NCBI GenBank assembly: GCA_051294375.1
Contig: CM119264.1
Span: forward strand, 7,628,151-7,692,150
Source: Paraspadella gotoi
Lineage: Eukaryota; Animalia; Chaetognatha
Direction: 5' to 3'
Length of the DNA stretch: 64,000 nucleotides
The stretch's first letter is position 1, and the number at the start of each line of letters is the position of its first letter. Position numbers and translations under genes: made by a program. Under the pieces are notes generated by a model. That model searched no databases and was not told where the DNA came from. It saw nothing but the letters and a program-made list of their open reading frames with translations. Below are positions 1 to 13,667 of this stretch, one piece after another.

Positions 1-114
1 AGAGAGAGAGAAAGTAAGCCGAATCAGGAGCGGGTCCGATAAATTGGAGGAGAAAATCGAGACACGGACAGAGTCTGGAATCTTTTTCCGAGAAATCGCT
101 TTTTTACGTCATCT

Positions 115-480
115 AGTCGTGGCGTGACGTGACGTGACGTGACTTGGCGTAGAGTGACGTGGCGTGACGTAGCGTGGCTCTCGCCGGGCGGTTTTTAAAA
201 TGGCGTTTCTTTTTCTATTCCTGGCACTGACAAATTGTTTTTTATTCCCGACGAGGGCGTAAATTTACGCTTGGCGTGGGCGGCGCTATTTCCGGCGCGG
301 ATGAGCTTCTTTCGGCTTGGGCGTCACTCTTTCCGGCGGCGCCGTCTTAAATTTCCACCGAGAGTTTCCGGTTCTAGTCTCATGGCGTTGACGTGGGAGC
401 AATCGACCGCGACGAGGATGACGATAATTTGGGCAGCGAAGGAATTTCACGCCGTTGATCGTCTGGAGTGGGAGGGACAA
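115..480. promoter_or_regulatory. CpG-rich island with a (GTGAC)n pentamer array and YY1-like AAAATGGCG
   Basis: Repeated TGACGT (CRE-like half sites) at 121-175 and aaaatggcg near 198. Confidence 0.35.
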
Positions 481-3279
481 AGTGGGAGAGGAGGGTGAGT
501 AAAAGGTGAGGATGTTGCATGAAATCTTTTCTTGTTGTTTGTGGAAAGACTTTCTATTTTTTCATAAATAATGATACGTGACAGACCGACCGAAAAGGCG
601 GAGAAAGATAGAATTCAAAATCTATTTTGCAGATTGATTGTGTCAGTCAACAATAAGATAAAATCTAGAAAACGTTAGGTTTTTGTTATAAAGTTTTTTT
701 ATAAGAAATACCGAGAAGAAAACGGATTAGAGAGAGAGACATACGTTAAGTAATCTCTATGGAGTTAACAAATAAATTTTTACTATACGTAAATTCTCTT
801 AAGACAAAATGGATTCCAAAACTTGACATTTTCTCCGGACGACATGAAATGATACTCTGCAAAACAGAATTCAATCTGAAATATTGTGAATCAAGTTATC
901 TCATTGGTAAACCTCGAAGGCTCGCACAGCCCAAGGTTAAATTTTTAATCAATTTTCGCTGAAGTAATTTTTTGGATTGTTCCCATTTTTTTAATCAAAT
1001 CCTCTGTTTACATAAACTTTCTACACATTTGAATTTATGTGAAAACCTTTTATTTGTTGATACATGTTCGATTCGATAAAGATATTACAAACCTTTTTAC
1101 CCTATAGTCTCAAAGCTAAGCAACATAATTAAATAGCAAAAGATCCATTTCTAACATGGAATTGAAACAATAGCCTAATTAGTAATTAATTACGTAACAA
1201 AAAGGCCGCCTCACAAGTAACTGAATTGATAAATAAAAAAAATATTCCATGCGATAAAAAGAAATGAAAAAGAAAAAAAAGGAAAGAAAAAAAAAGAGGA
1301 TTCTGGAAAGCGGGAACTTCTTGCCTTTGTCGATGAAACGGGCGTGGTAATTTGGTAGCGAAAGGCGGAAGGCAATGAGATGGGTGTGGTTATTTCGCAG
1401 TAGTCAAGCTTAGCTTTTCGACAAATACATTTCTTAATTTCTGTATTTGTGGACTGTATTGCATTTCTGTACCGTATACGCTTTTGTGAGATTACAATTT
1501 AAAATAAAGGTTTAATTAAAGAATTGCTATTTCATTATGCGACTTTGGAGTTTTAATCAGAACAGTACATTTTTAAATAATTAACCGTAATGAGAAGATC
1601 ATTTAATATAAAATATAATTAAAAAGCAGAAATCATTCTAAGTAAAAACGTTGAGTAGCTGTAGCATGAGAATTTTCTATAAAAAAATTGTATGAAAGGG
1701 AAATGTAGTTTGGGAGTGGCGTTTCTTCGGGTTGTTGCAAAACTCGAGCGAATTCGGCTTCGGCATTTGGTGCAGAAGGGCGATAAGCGCCAAACACAGA
1801 AGCAGAGAGACAAGATTATCGATTTTTTTTATTGGTTCCTTCTCCTCCCTTTTTTTCTTTCTTCTTTCCTCCCCTCCTTCCACACTTTCCTCCCCTTTCT
1901 CCTTCATTCGCAGAGGATTTAAGAAAAGGCCGACGAAACCGGCAAAAAAAAAAGGAGGAAAGGAAATGTGGAATGGGGTGAACACTGAACAGGATTCGTA
2001 TGAAGATGGTAAAATATAGAAAAACTTTTACACTTTTTAAAGGTCTCTCTAATTTTTTAAGAAAAAAAAAGAGAGGGAAGACGTAAAAGACGATTTTTAG
2101 TTTCGGAAACCGGAAATGGTCGAAGATTCAAAAAGAATAAACTGGAGGGTAAAAATAAAAGAGAAAACCATAATAATTTAAGATTAAATTAACTAAGCAT
2201 AATGATGAGAAATGAAATAGAAATTAAATTATCAAAAGTTGACAATATAAAAACCGATTTCAAAAGAAAGGGAAATTCAAACTCTTTTTCAAAGATTTAA
2301 ATTCGAAACACAAATAAATAAATTTTTTAAAAAATTATAAAATATTTAGAAAAGACGAGAAAAATATTTTCAACTAATTCTAACCTATCACAGGCTATTA
2401 ATTATTAGTTAACAATATTTTAATCACTTATGAAAATATTCATCCCATTGACAACCGCTTCTTTCATGGAAACAAAAGACAGCAAAAAAACATTTAATGT
2501 GAAGCGTCGTTCCAAAGCGAGAACGAAAATTCAATTTTGAAGAGAGAGGAAGAAAATACGACTCAGAAAATAAGAAAAGGCGATAAAAGAGAGATAAGGA
2601 ATAATTTTTGTTTTTTAAAGGAGGAAGTAAAACTTAAAAAGAGGAAGAAAATTAAATTTTCCTTGTGGGTCGAGAGTTGTTCTTTTTTTTCGCGGGAGGG
2701 TGGGTGGAAGAATCGTCTTCGATTTTCTTTTATTTGGAAGTTTTCGATAACTCGATATACCGAATTTTTATCTTTAAAAATGGGTTTATCGATAATTCCT
2801 CTCGGCAGGTTTTCTTTTAACCGAGACAGAATGGGGTGAGTCGGGCGCGGAGATGTTGCGCAAATCTTGAACCCGAAAAGTCAAAGATGTGCGGAAAAGA
2901 TGAAAGAGAAAAAGGGGAAATAATGGAAAATGATGCAAGAATTAGAAAATTTCTCAATATTTCAATTGACGTCGCAAGCAATATCTAAATTGGGAAATTG
3001 CGGAAAAGGTTAGTTGAGATCAAGGATGGAAAAGGGGAGAGAAAAAAACCAGGGCTGCTGCTGAAGTAAGTTAGAAACTCAAATCGGGGAAGAGTTCGGT
3101 TCAACGATTCCTTCCTCGAAAATTTCCACTTTCATCAATTGATTATGAATAAAGAATCAATTTATTTTCGCGCCGGAGAAAAGCAGCGACCGACAGATGA
3201 TCCAAAAGAATGTCTCTTTTCCCAGGGCGCCCCATTTCTGCTCGTTAATGACAGTATTTAATTTTAAACTTTAATATTT

Positions 3280-3505
3280 AACCTAAATGTGTTTTTAAAC
3301 TTATAAACTAATCCCTAAACTTAATCGCTATCCCTAATCTAATCCTGAACCTTGACCCTAAACTTTTATCCTTAATTTATAACCTTAACATTCGGTGGAG
3401 TTATTCACTATTTTAACCCTACCCAAATTCCCTAACCCTAATCAAAAACCAAGTCCCTAACCTTAACCACTAACCTTATTCCTAATCCTAGCCTCAAACC
3501 TAACA
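3280..3505 (+). repeat. Degenerate (CCCTAA)n-like interstitial repeat
   Basis: Recurrent ccctaa, cctaac and accttaa hexamer variants. Confidence 0.7.
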
Positions 3506-3514
3506 TCGCAGGAG

Positions 3515-3814
3515 TATCAAGCCACCAGAATCAAATCGGATCGGAGGCTCGGGCGATCTCCGCAGGAAATGGAATCGCCGAATCCTGATTGGTCAAGCCT
3601 GAAACCGGAATCGACCAATCAGCTTGCAGACTCATTGGAACTGTAAATTTAACCCACGTCGCCCATCCTCTTCCTTTGTTATAAATAGACTTAGTTTGTT
3701 CGAGTTTCTGTAGCATTGATCAAGACTCCTGCGCGTGTCTCACCGTCACCTTTATTCTCAGAATAAAATCTCAGCTTGATATCGCCCATAGAAATCCATG
3801 AGTTTTTCCTTTAA
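3515..3814 (+). mobile_element. Putative LTR (U3-R-U5) without internal domain
   Basis: CCAAT boxes (about 3588 and 3615), TATAAATA (3680) and AATAAA (3762) occur in order and are immediately followed by a tRNA-Leu primer-binding sequence. TG...CA termini are not intact, so boundaries are approximate. Confidence 0.55.
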
Positions 3815-3816
3815 TG

Positions 3817-3856
3817 TGGTTGCAGCGGTGGGATTTGAACCCGCGCCTCCGAAGAG
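3817..3856 (-). other. 3' half of tRNA-Leu including CCA (extended PBS); not a tRNA gene
   Basis: Minus strand reads CTCTTCGGAGGCGCGGGTTCAAATCCCACCGCTGCAA-CCA: long variable arm, T-arm, acceptor strand and CCA of eukaryotic tRNA-Leu(AAG/TAG type). The 5' half is absent. Confidence 0.85.
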
Positions 3857-4379
3857 GTAAAAAAAATCCAAATTTCAGATAAAATGGTATTCTGGGAAAA
3901 TAAGGCCGAATGTCGTATGTTTGATCTCCAATTTTGGCGAAGAGGATTCACGTCGAACAAACGTTTTCGATTTTTTTTTTTTTATCTTTGAAATCGTCAG
4001 TTTTCGTATGTTCCTTTAAATTTCACTGCACGTTTTTCCTTTTTTAAATTGTTAGTTATCGTTCTTCAAGAGGACAAGATCCTTTCGACGCGATTAGTCC
4101 TGTTATCTACGAACCCAGACAATAATAATGAAACTGACAAATAAACAAACTAAACCAAGAAAAACATAGAAGTCGCCGATGAAGATTCGTTAATCTAGAT
4201 AATTTTCGATTCCCAGTTGCATCGAGTTATAAACAGCAAAGAAGACAACAACAAAATCTGTCGACGGCAGAGATTCTTTTTCTTTTTATGTTTCGCCAGA
4301 AGTAGAAAAGACAGAAAAATTTTGGAGAGGGAGACCATCTCAAAATGCTTTGTGTCTCTCTGTTGAAACGACTATTATG

Positions 4380-4427
<48 letters not shown>

Positions 4428-4554
4428 AAAGAAGGAGAGCAACACGGGTTCATCGCAGCGTCAGAGACATGCAAACTTTCCAGTATGAATTTATTTCCTC
4501 GACATACCCTGTTCTTTTCTGCCTCTCTCCCTTCTTTAGTTTAGCTTTTATCTT

Positions 4555-4750
4555 TTTTTAGTTACGCCGCGAGTACTCGCGGGAGCAACTCTATAAGTCA
4601 CTTTTCGGTCGGTCTGTCGGTCTGTCCGTCGGTCTGTCCAACTTAAAAATGCATATAATTTGCCTATAGTTGGTTGCTCATTTGTTAAGACAGAAAAAAA
4701 CCTCAAATCTCAGGGACTGCTAGCGCCGCCTTCAGGAAATCCTAAAACTT
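4555..4750 (+). mobile_element. Non-autonomous Helentron/DINE-1-like (HINE) element, copy 1
   Basis: T-rich end, palindrome CCGCGAGTACTCGCGG (4567-4582), then a (GTCK)n microsatellite. Closely matches the reverse complement of 31691-31835. Confidence 0.6.
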
Positions 4751-4964
4751 TAAGGAATCAAAGACGGAATTTCGATGCAGTGCATGTCATAAATACAAGA
4801 CTAAGAAAGTTTTTTAATAATATCATGTCATGTCATATAATGTGAAAATAAAGTCACCGCGGCGCAAAACATTAGAATCACCATTCTTGTTAATCTTTTT
4901 GTTGCTTTTCTCACGGTTTTTTATTCATTTATTTTTTTTTTACTTCCTTTTTTAATCATTTATT

Positions 4965-4968
4965 TTTT

Positions 4969-5024
<56 letters not shown>

Positions 5025-5175
5025 TTTTTTTCTTTCTTTCTTTCTTTCTTTTTTTCTTTTTTTTATTTCTTTCACGATTTGATTATGTGTCTCTTTTTTT
5101 TCTTTATTTCTTTATTTCTTTATTTGTTTATCTCTTACATTTCTTTTTAGTTCTTTCTCTCTTTTCTTCTTTCTC

Positions 5176-5207
<32 letters not shown>

Positions 5208-5300
5208 TTTTCTTTTTTTTTCTTTCTTTCTTTCTTTCTTTCTTTCTTTTTTTCTTTCTTTCTTTCTTTCTCTCTTTCTTTCTTTCTTTCTTTTTTTTCC
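4965..5300 (+). repeat. (TTTC)n microsatellite region
   Basis: Directly visible. Dozens of (AG)n/(CT)n and (GAC)n tracts elsewhere are not listed individually. Confidence 0.95.
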
Positions 5301-8300
5301 CCATCTCTCCCTTTCTGAGTATATGTCTCGTGGGACTAAATCTTTTCCCAAAATTTTTTCGAGGTCGACCGCATTGAAAGAGACGCGTCAGACATCATGA
5401 AACATTTCGGAAAGAAAAGCGTAGTTACCATCTTGGTCATAGTACAAAATGCCTTTTTCGGTAAAATATGTAGTTAATAAGTAGACGAGTTTGTCAATAT
5501 AGTTTTGCTTGATGGTAAAAAAAATAGGAAATGATCAATTAGTTAACTAAGTGTGAAAGTGCGTTGGAAATTAAAAAAATAAAATAAATGATTTTAAATG
5601 ATTTTAAATAATGAAGCACGAGAAACTAAAGCAAATGCTTTTTCATATAGAAATCAATTAAGACAAATTTTAGAAAGATAGCAAGAGTAATTAAAAAGTA
5701 TCGTTGATAAACCTTTTTTTATCATACATCTTAATCCTAATAATTATATTATTATATTAAATTTTCCAGCAGTGGAGATAGTAAGACTTAAAAAATTGTT
5801 GTATCTTCACGTAATGTTTTTGTTTCGTAGGTTGTGTGAGTTTAAACTTAATTTAAATGATAATTCAGCGTTGAGGTGTTTTCGGATTTAAAGTTTATTT
5901 CGTTAAATCCGGACATTGTAGAGAGCGGAGAAGGATGCAAACAAAAAAGACAGAAAGAAAAAGAAAATTGAATAAAAAATCGTTTCGAGTGGAATATTCC
6001 TACGCAGATATTGGCCACAAAGGGATGCGACGACGCCGCCCCGAACCGGCGCTCGCGAGACCCGGCGTTCTCGACGCCGCTTCACGGAGAGAAGAGAAGA
6101 AACACGAACGACCGTCATATCATCACACTATGCGGATAGATGGGATGGTTGAAACGAAAAAATAAGGATTTTTGAAAACAGGAAAGAGAGAGACTAGATC
6201 AAAAAACGACACGAGAGAGATGAGAAGAGAGACGAGAGAGGGAGAGATGAGAAGAGAGAGAGAGGCAGGACGAGAGACGAGAGATGCAGATGAGGATGAG
6301 ATGAGAGAGAGTCTAGGTCATTATTCTGTCGTACGTGATTGGAAGTTAAATAAAAATCTACTAGATTTCGAAAAAGGAAAAAGAAGAGAGAGAGCATGAA
6401 TGAGAGAGATGATAGAGAGAGAGATAGAGAGGGAGAGAGAAGAGCAAGAGAGCAGAGAGAGAGACGAGAACGTAGAGGACAGAGAGAGAAGCAGAGCAAG
6501 AGGGAGGAACACGCAGAACGCCGTCAGTCTTGTCCACACTCCTGTGCAATGGAAAGTTGAAACAAAAAATATAGATTTTAAAGAAGGAATGAGAGACGGA
6601 GATAGGGAACGTGAAGATGAAGAGAGAAGAGAGAGAGAGAGAGAGACCCTGAGAGAGAGAAATATGAGAGAGAGAAGAGAGTAGAGAAGAGCAGACGCGC
6701 AGAGACGCCGAGAACGCGCGCGAGATTAAGAATATCACGGGGAGACGTGCAGCACCCATCTCACCCGAGCCGGGGAACCTTCCCTCCATCCTTCCCACTC
6801 CTCATTTTTTTCATCCTAATCCTCCTCCTTCCTCCTCACTCCTCCTCTTCCTCAGAGTCATCCAATGTCGTCCTCCAACTTCATCTTATTCACTCCTCAT
6901 TCCTCATTTTCTTCCTCCATTTTCATTCAACCCCGCATCATACTTCATCATAATCCTTTCTCGCACTTTCAACAGCTCTCTTTTCTCCTCTCTTCCTCTT
7001 GTTATCGTCCTTCCTCCTCCTTCTTCCCTCCCCCTCATACTTTACTCTTTCAGAATACTGCCAATTACAATTCTATTCTCCTCGTGCCAACTCACCCCAC
7101 TCATTGCCTTCGGTGAGACGACGATATACGATCGCTTCCCTCCCTGCCCTCTCCAACCTGTCCTCACAATATCCTTGTCCTGATCAACCTCTTTACTTTT
7201 TTTATTTACCGCTCACAATCCCTTTTTTGGAAAGGACATCCCTCTTCTTTCATATANNNNNNNNNNNNNNNNNNNNNNNNNTCCATATCTCCATCTATTT
7301 TTATTCTTTATTCCTTTATCTCCCAACTCGATTTTCAACCATTTCTCCCGAGTAGTCACTTGACCACGCAAACTACAGTCGCGTGAGAAGAAAGTAAATG
7401 CGTTATGCTTTGTGCAATAAGTTGGAGAGGTTGGTTTCGTGCATACGTTCCATACTAATATAGTCACTCGATCATCTGATAATTTGTGCACCTGTGAAAG
7501 CCACTGCGGCGAAACCATTGATCTTGCCGGATCCTGTTTTCTTGACTTCTTTCGGGCTTCACTTTTTTTTTTTCCATTCTCTTGCATTTTACAGATTTAT
7601 TCATCTCATGTTTCCTTTTTCGTCTTTTCTTTCCCGCCTCCCTAACTTGTGATTCCTCAGGCAGAATCTGCATAATCATTATGATTATGATAATGTTAAA
7701 CCTTTCTACTCCTTTNNNNNNNNNNNNNNNNNNNNNNNNNGAGAAAGAAGAAATACGGAGGAACTTATGTAATTCATTTTTCCATACTTTTTTTTGCTCT
7801 TTCTCGTCGATCCGTTTTTTTATTACAGGATTTTAGCGTGAAATTCGGATCCAAACATGCTGGGAACGGAATTAAAAATGATCGAAGGCTTGGTCTGATA
7901 TTTTCATTGAAATCAATTGTCACCGGTGGGGGTGAAAACCAAAAAAGAAAAGGAAAGAAAATTGATGAAGATGAGAAAAGGAAAAAAGAAATTCCGAGGG
8001 GGGGAAATAAAGCAGAGTTGAGTTAACATGGGATCCAATTGTAGGCATGCAGTTGGCCGCATTGATCGACTTCATAGTTTGAGTACTTTTGAAGAACTTT
8101 TGTGATATCCAGGTGGTGAAATCGGTTTCGAGAAGATTTACCAGGTAAATTTTTGAAGGAAAATCTTCCGGTCATTTTTCATTCATTCATTCTTCCGATC
8201 TAAATGTTTTCCCATCGCTACAAACGCGTTAAGTTAGGTTTTTGCCCATTAAAAATAGTTTTTTGTTGGTCATGGTTAATAATAGTTAATAGTTGGTCAT

Positions 8301-9049
8301 GTTAAAATAGTTTGTCTGGTCATGGTACTCGTTAGAATAGACCAACTCGAAGCCTTCATCTTCCTTTTCTAAAAACAAGGCAGTAGTTAATATTATAGGA
8401 TTAGGCTGTTAGAAGTGAGTCCCAAATAAAAAATACAGTGAGTCTAGAGCAATACGAAATATATTTTGCTACTGTCCCATACATTCTGGAGAGACTTTCT
8501 TTGCTGAGCTCTAATAATATGGTTCGTGACAAAGTTTTTTCAGTTGAATAGTTTTTTTTGGAATGATTTCAATCTCCGGAAAATTTTTTAACCGGTGAGC
8601 CATTCTCTTGGGTTTTACCGTCCCATATTGGTATTAATCGGTCTCGGACCCCGGGTTCTTTTGGAATATTTTTTTATATTAGGGAAACAAATTTCTTAAA
8701 CTCAGGATTCCCAAACCTTTTTTCATAACTGGTTTGTTATATTTTTTGGTAGAGAAACTGGAATAATGTTAATCTTAAGTTACGCTCTAAATTGGGGCCC
8801 ATGGATGTTTGAAGAAATCGATCAAATCAACAACCAAAATTCCGTCCTCCTTTTTTTTCAACATTTTCGCCTTTTAAGATTTTTTCGCCGATTCTGACTT
8901 TCCTCTTTACATAACTTAATATTCCGGTTAGTTTATTTTTTTCCTTAACGAGCGAGGCATTATCTCACAACCTTTCTGTTATTTTATGACTTTCTTGTAA
9001 AAAATTTATAATTAAATTTTTAACATTGGATATTATAATGAAAGTATGA

Positions 9050-10150
9050 TGATAGACAAGGTGATGTCTTGTGTAGTAGCCTGGTAGAGAGTTCAAAGCT
9101 AATATGTAAAAAATTCGCAGCTATTGTTATTATTGAACTATGGAATGACACGTATCACAGGCCTGAAGCAGAGTTGAATGTTTCCCGGCTGTCATTTGCA
9201 GTAAACCCATCACCTGTGTCTCGTCAGCAGAAAATAGGATTGTATTTTGTTGTGCCCGGTGGATAAAGAAGATATAAATACTTAGGCTTTGTCGGATTGG
9301 GTGAATAATGATTTGTGAATTTTGTCAAGCCCATCGCTTGTAATCACGCAGGTCCAACCAAATATTGAAAGTTTAAGGGTAGCAATATTTATATTTTCTT
9401 TATCCAGATATTTAAATGCTTTTACTGAGTAGCGATTCTAGCCCTCTCTGTCTTTTTCCTTTCACAGATCAACTTAAAGATCAGAGAATGTTAATTTTAT
9501 TTATTTTATGGGGCGTCCTTCCCATTAGTTTTAAAATCTCCATTAATAAATTTTTTGAGCTTAGTTTGACATCACCTTCGTCGGTAAAGAGGTTTAAGCC
9601 CAAAAATAATGTCTATCATCATTGTAACTTGTATGTGCCCAACTCGATTTATGAGCCTTCATTTTGGGTCCACTATATATGAGCATACCTTGTCCATCTT
9701 TGTTCCTCTCCAAGAATTATATACAAGGGAAAAAATCAGTTTTTTTTCTCCTCAACCTTTTTCTTTTAAATTTCTTATTACCCTAATAAATTTCATGTTT
9801 GTCCAAACCCAGACCAAGTGACCTTTACGGCACGTTGGTTTTACTAGTGAGTGCAGTTTGTCCAATAATGAAAAGAAAAATGTTGGCCAATGATTTCTTT
9901 GAGACCATAGAGCGCGTTTCCCTAAATTCTCCAATAGATTCGAAGCTATATTATTTATATGTGTACATACCCTGTCCCCTCGTTTATCCAATTTTTGGAA
10001 AAAGCCAAATTTCCTTGTCATTCTGAGTATGTAAGGCCGCAACATAGGTTTGAAATATTCGTCCGACATGTACAGTGGCCATTTCCCTTCTCTGGCTTCG
10101 GTTTGATATTAATCTTTATCAACTGCCAAGGAACATTTAGGCAAGCTCTT
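9050..10150 (-). mobile_element. Decayed or noisy Ty1/copia LTR-retrotransposon RT(-RNaseH) fragment
   Basis: Frameshifted minus-strand motifs occur in copia order: VAALHTQNDKEIWLFP (cf. DVxxAFLHxxxxEEIYMxxP), YWRI*GNALYGLKE near 9895-9935 (cf. VWRLKKALYGLKQS), a degraded xDDMLI, and LFLGLN near 9600. Confidence 0.6.
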
Positions 10151-10677
10151 AAGTAATATAACGCTAGTCGGAATCGGGTGTGTTTTTTTACAAACGTGTT
10201 TTTTTTACCGACGGAATAAGTTCTGGCAGATTCGTTTGCTAATAGTTGGGTTAGCCAGATTTTAATCGGAAATTCTATTAGAAAAATCTTGAATTTTTTT
10301 TTAAGCGACGATTCTCGTCTATTGTTATAATAAATCTGTATGAGAATAAAATAATATAATTGAATCGAGGAGGCGTGCTTTATGTCGTGAGGGAGTTACA
10401 GACATAATTCAAATTGTTAGGCGCCTACTTATTATGAATATATAAATGAATACAACACCTAACACGTACGAAGCAAGGACGACAACTGAAGACAGACGAA
10501 AGACATGAAGAGGAATGCGAACAACGTCAAGCAGGATTACTGGAGTTTAAAAAAGAGTCAAAATACATCTGGAACGATAACAGAAGAAGAGTGGTGTTGG
10601 AATATGAGAGGGAGAATATGGATGACGTTGCAAGGAGGAAGACGAGAAAAGAGAGAGAGAGGAGAGAGAAGAGAGAG

Positions 10678-10709
<32 letters not shown>

Positions 10710-11692
10710 AGGGTGTTTAAAAAAACGTTGGTGAACAGAAGAAGAGACACAAGAGTAGCTTGAGGACTATAGGATTTATCGGCAGATGGGAGGTAGAAGT
10801 GAAAATTAAAAGGGTATTTTGATTTTTTAAACGCCAGGTAATCCGTTGACGTTGTCGTTCTCTTAGTCGTCGTTGTCGTCGTTGTCGTCGTAGTTTTTAG
10901 GTGTTGTTTCTGTTTATATAAATAGTAGCGGTTAACAATTGAATTATGTCTGTATAGCGTCCCTCACGAAAACACGTCCTCTCTCATTTAATATTTATTT
11001 TATTTTATTATTTTATTATAAAAGATATATTCAAAAGAACCGGGTCGAATAAACAAATGCGGAAACCAAGAAAGGACGTTTAAAATTTTCCGTTGATAAA
11101 ATATTCGCTGCTGTTCGCTTTTGCAGGCAAAGAAAGCAGATGGACGCCAATATTGCGATTGCTCACTCTACTGTATTTTTATTGGCCACTTTAAACAGCC
11201 GAGCGATAAAATTTTTTTTTTAAAAAGGAAGATAAGTTCGTTGTCGTAATTCGTAACGATACCATGACCAGACAAAAAACTATTTTAACCATGACCAGAC
11301 TATTTTAACTATTTTAACCATGACCAGACAAAAAACTATTTTAATGCAAAACCTAACTTAACGCGTTTTCTATGCGAGAAACATTTTAGATCGGAATGGA
11401 ATGGAATGGAATGGAACTAATGACCGGAAGATCTTTCCTCAAAAAAATTCTCCGTGATCTTTCAAACATTTCACACCTGATTCACAACTTCCAGCCTCAC
11501 CTTGAGATTAACATTGGCCACTGCTGCCTACATTATCTCCATTAACTCCGTTTCCCCCTCGTCTTATGTCTTTTTCCTCTCATCTTATCATTTCTTCTTT
11601 TTTTTTTTGGTTTCAACCCACACCGTCAGCACTTATTCCCTATTATTATTCATTCTTCCACTTCCTCTCTGTTAAAAACGGAGAGAGAGAGA

Positions 11693-11766
<74 letters not shown>

Positions 11767-12500
11767 TAACGCCGAGCGCGAGCGCCTGAATTATGGGGGT
11801 GTGAAGTGACGAGCAGAAATATCGATTATGGCACAATTGTTCCCATCTCACAATCTACATCGGTTTCTTTCCAGGATTTTCCAGTCGTCGTCGTCGTCGT
11901 CGTCGTCGTCGTCTTTTTTGTTTTCAGCGCTTGCAGCCAGCCTTGACCAACGATCCTCATTATTGTCAGTTTCAACCCTTGGTTTATTTTGCGACTTCCT
12001 TCTGTCCTTAGCATTAGGGAAATCTTACTTTTTTACATAGGGCTTAAAAATTTGTTTTGAATTGCTAATCATAGCTGGAATCCAACCGTTAAAACTTTTC
12101 GAAAGAATTAGTCCGTGTGGGGAAGTAAACCTGTCTTTTTTGCTTGATTTGCCTTTAATCTGAATATAAATCGAGATGAAGCAAAGTTAGAGAAGCAAAC
12201 AAAAAAAAACACATAAATGGGCTGGAAATTCAGAGAAATAATATTAAGAATAATGTGAGTAGTCATTTTGATCAGAAAGAAGTGAAAACAGTTGGAATCA
12301 AGAAGCATTTGTATGCATTAAATAATTTTATGCTTTAAAGAAGAAATATTTTTATGCTGTCCTAGGGAGGTCATAATATATATTAAAACCTATTTACCAA
12401 TGAAATTAACCAACATTTCCAACCGGAAATTTTTCTCATCAGTAAAGCGCTTTGCCATCCGCTTGCTTTCTCTCTCTCTCTCCTCCTCTCTCTTCTCGTT

Positions 12501-12570
<70 letters not shown>

Positions 12571-12742
12571 AAATCAACGAAATTTGATTTGAAAATTTTA
12601 TGAAACTTTCGGTAAAATAACTGACATATCATAATTAAAATTATTAAAAAAATAAGCTTTTTCTCATTCGTTCCTAATTTTCGATCGTGTCCCGATCTCC
12701 GTCTTCGCCACGCAGCTCTATCCGGTATCCAGTGTCGGGGCG

Positions 12743-12988
12743 TCACCATATAAACCAATGGAAGCCCTTGACGGAGCCTCTCTCCTCTCTCCTCTCTCCA
12801 CTCTCCTCCCTCCTCTCTCTTCTCTCCTCTCTCCTCTCTCCACTCTCCTCCCTCCTCTCTCTTCTCTCCTCCAACTGCTTCACTCTCTCGGCGACGGCCT
12901 CGCGCTCCTTCTTCAAAACCTCTTTGATGCGCTCCACCAAATTCCCTTCCACATTCGGCGCCGCATCTCCGTCGTCGACACCGGCCAT
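12743..12988 (-). CDS. Putative exon encoding a short coiled-coil-like peptide of unknown function
   Basis: ttttttattag acceptor, then aaaATGG and MAGVDDGDAAPNVEGNLVERIKEVLKKEREAVAERVKQLEE. The segment is GC-rich in an AT-rich background and contains an in-frame 42-bp duplication (EERRREREESGERR x2). No family recognised. Confidence 0.35.
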   Translation of the reverse strand: MAGVDDGDAAPNVEGNLVERIKEVLKKEREAVAERVKQLEERRERREESGERREERRERREESGERREERGSVKGFHWFIW

Positions 12989-13667
12989 TTTCTCCACTAA
13001 TAAAAAATATAAAAAGTTTCAAAGTATAATTTAATTAATTAGTCGAGCACGAAATCGATGACGGCGATTTACATAGTTGGCCTTGGACGCTCGCGTGGAA
13101 TAAAAAACCGAAGACGAAGAGAACAAAGAACATCTTTTTCAATTCCATATTTTTTTGTTAGTTTTTTCTGAACATTAAAAAAAAAAAAAAAAAAATTAAA
13201 AAATGTTTAAATCGTGAAAAAAAAAATCGGAGGTGGTAAACGAAGGTTTTTTGGGATTTTTGTTATGGGAACAAGTTAATTTCAAAGAGGGCGCTTTCGG
13301 TGTAACGATAAGGAACGCGTGTGAGAGAGGACGGCTATTCATTTATTACATATTAATTTATTTACTTGTTTTATTTCGGAATTAAATTTACTCATTTTTG
13401 TGACCATCTATTTAAAAGAAAAAAATCATTATAATAAAATTACGACAAAAAGCAATATAAAAGAACGATACGGAAAAGCAACAAAGCAAATGACTACTAT
13501 GATTCTTATTGGTAGGGTAACGCCTTTTTCATGATAAATATTTCTACAGCCTGCATACCCTGCGAGCTTTCAAGCAAGAGTCTCTCGCAGTCCGGAGAGC
13601 AACTGGCGGCACATTTAATGAATTAGAATCAAATTTTAATGAACAGTTTCGATTTTGCTCCTTTATA

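Noticed and set aside
3280-3505. True telomere or chromosome fusion site
   Set aside because: Short, highly degenerate and single orientation. More likely part of a repeat element.
3817-3856. Functional tRNA-Leu gene
   Set aside because: There is no D-arm or anticodon arm, and the encoded CCA shows a reverse-transcribed copy.
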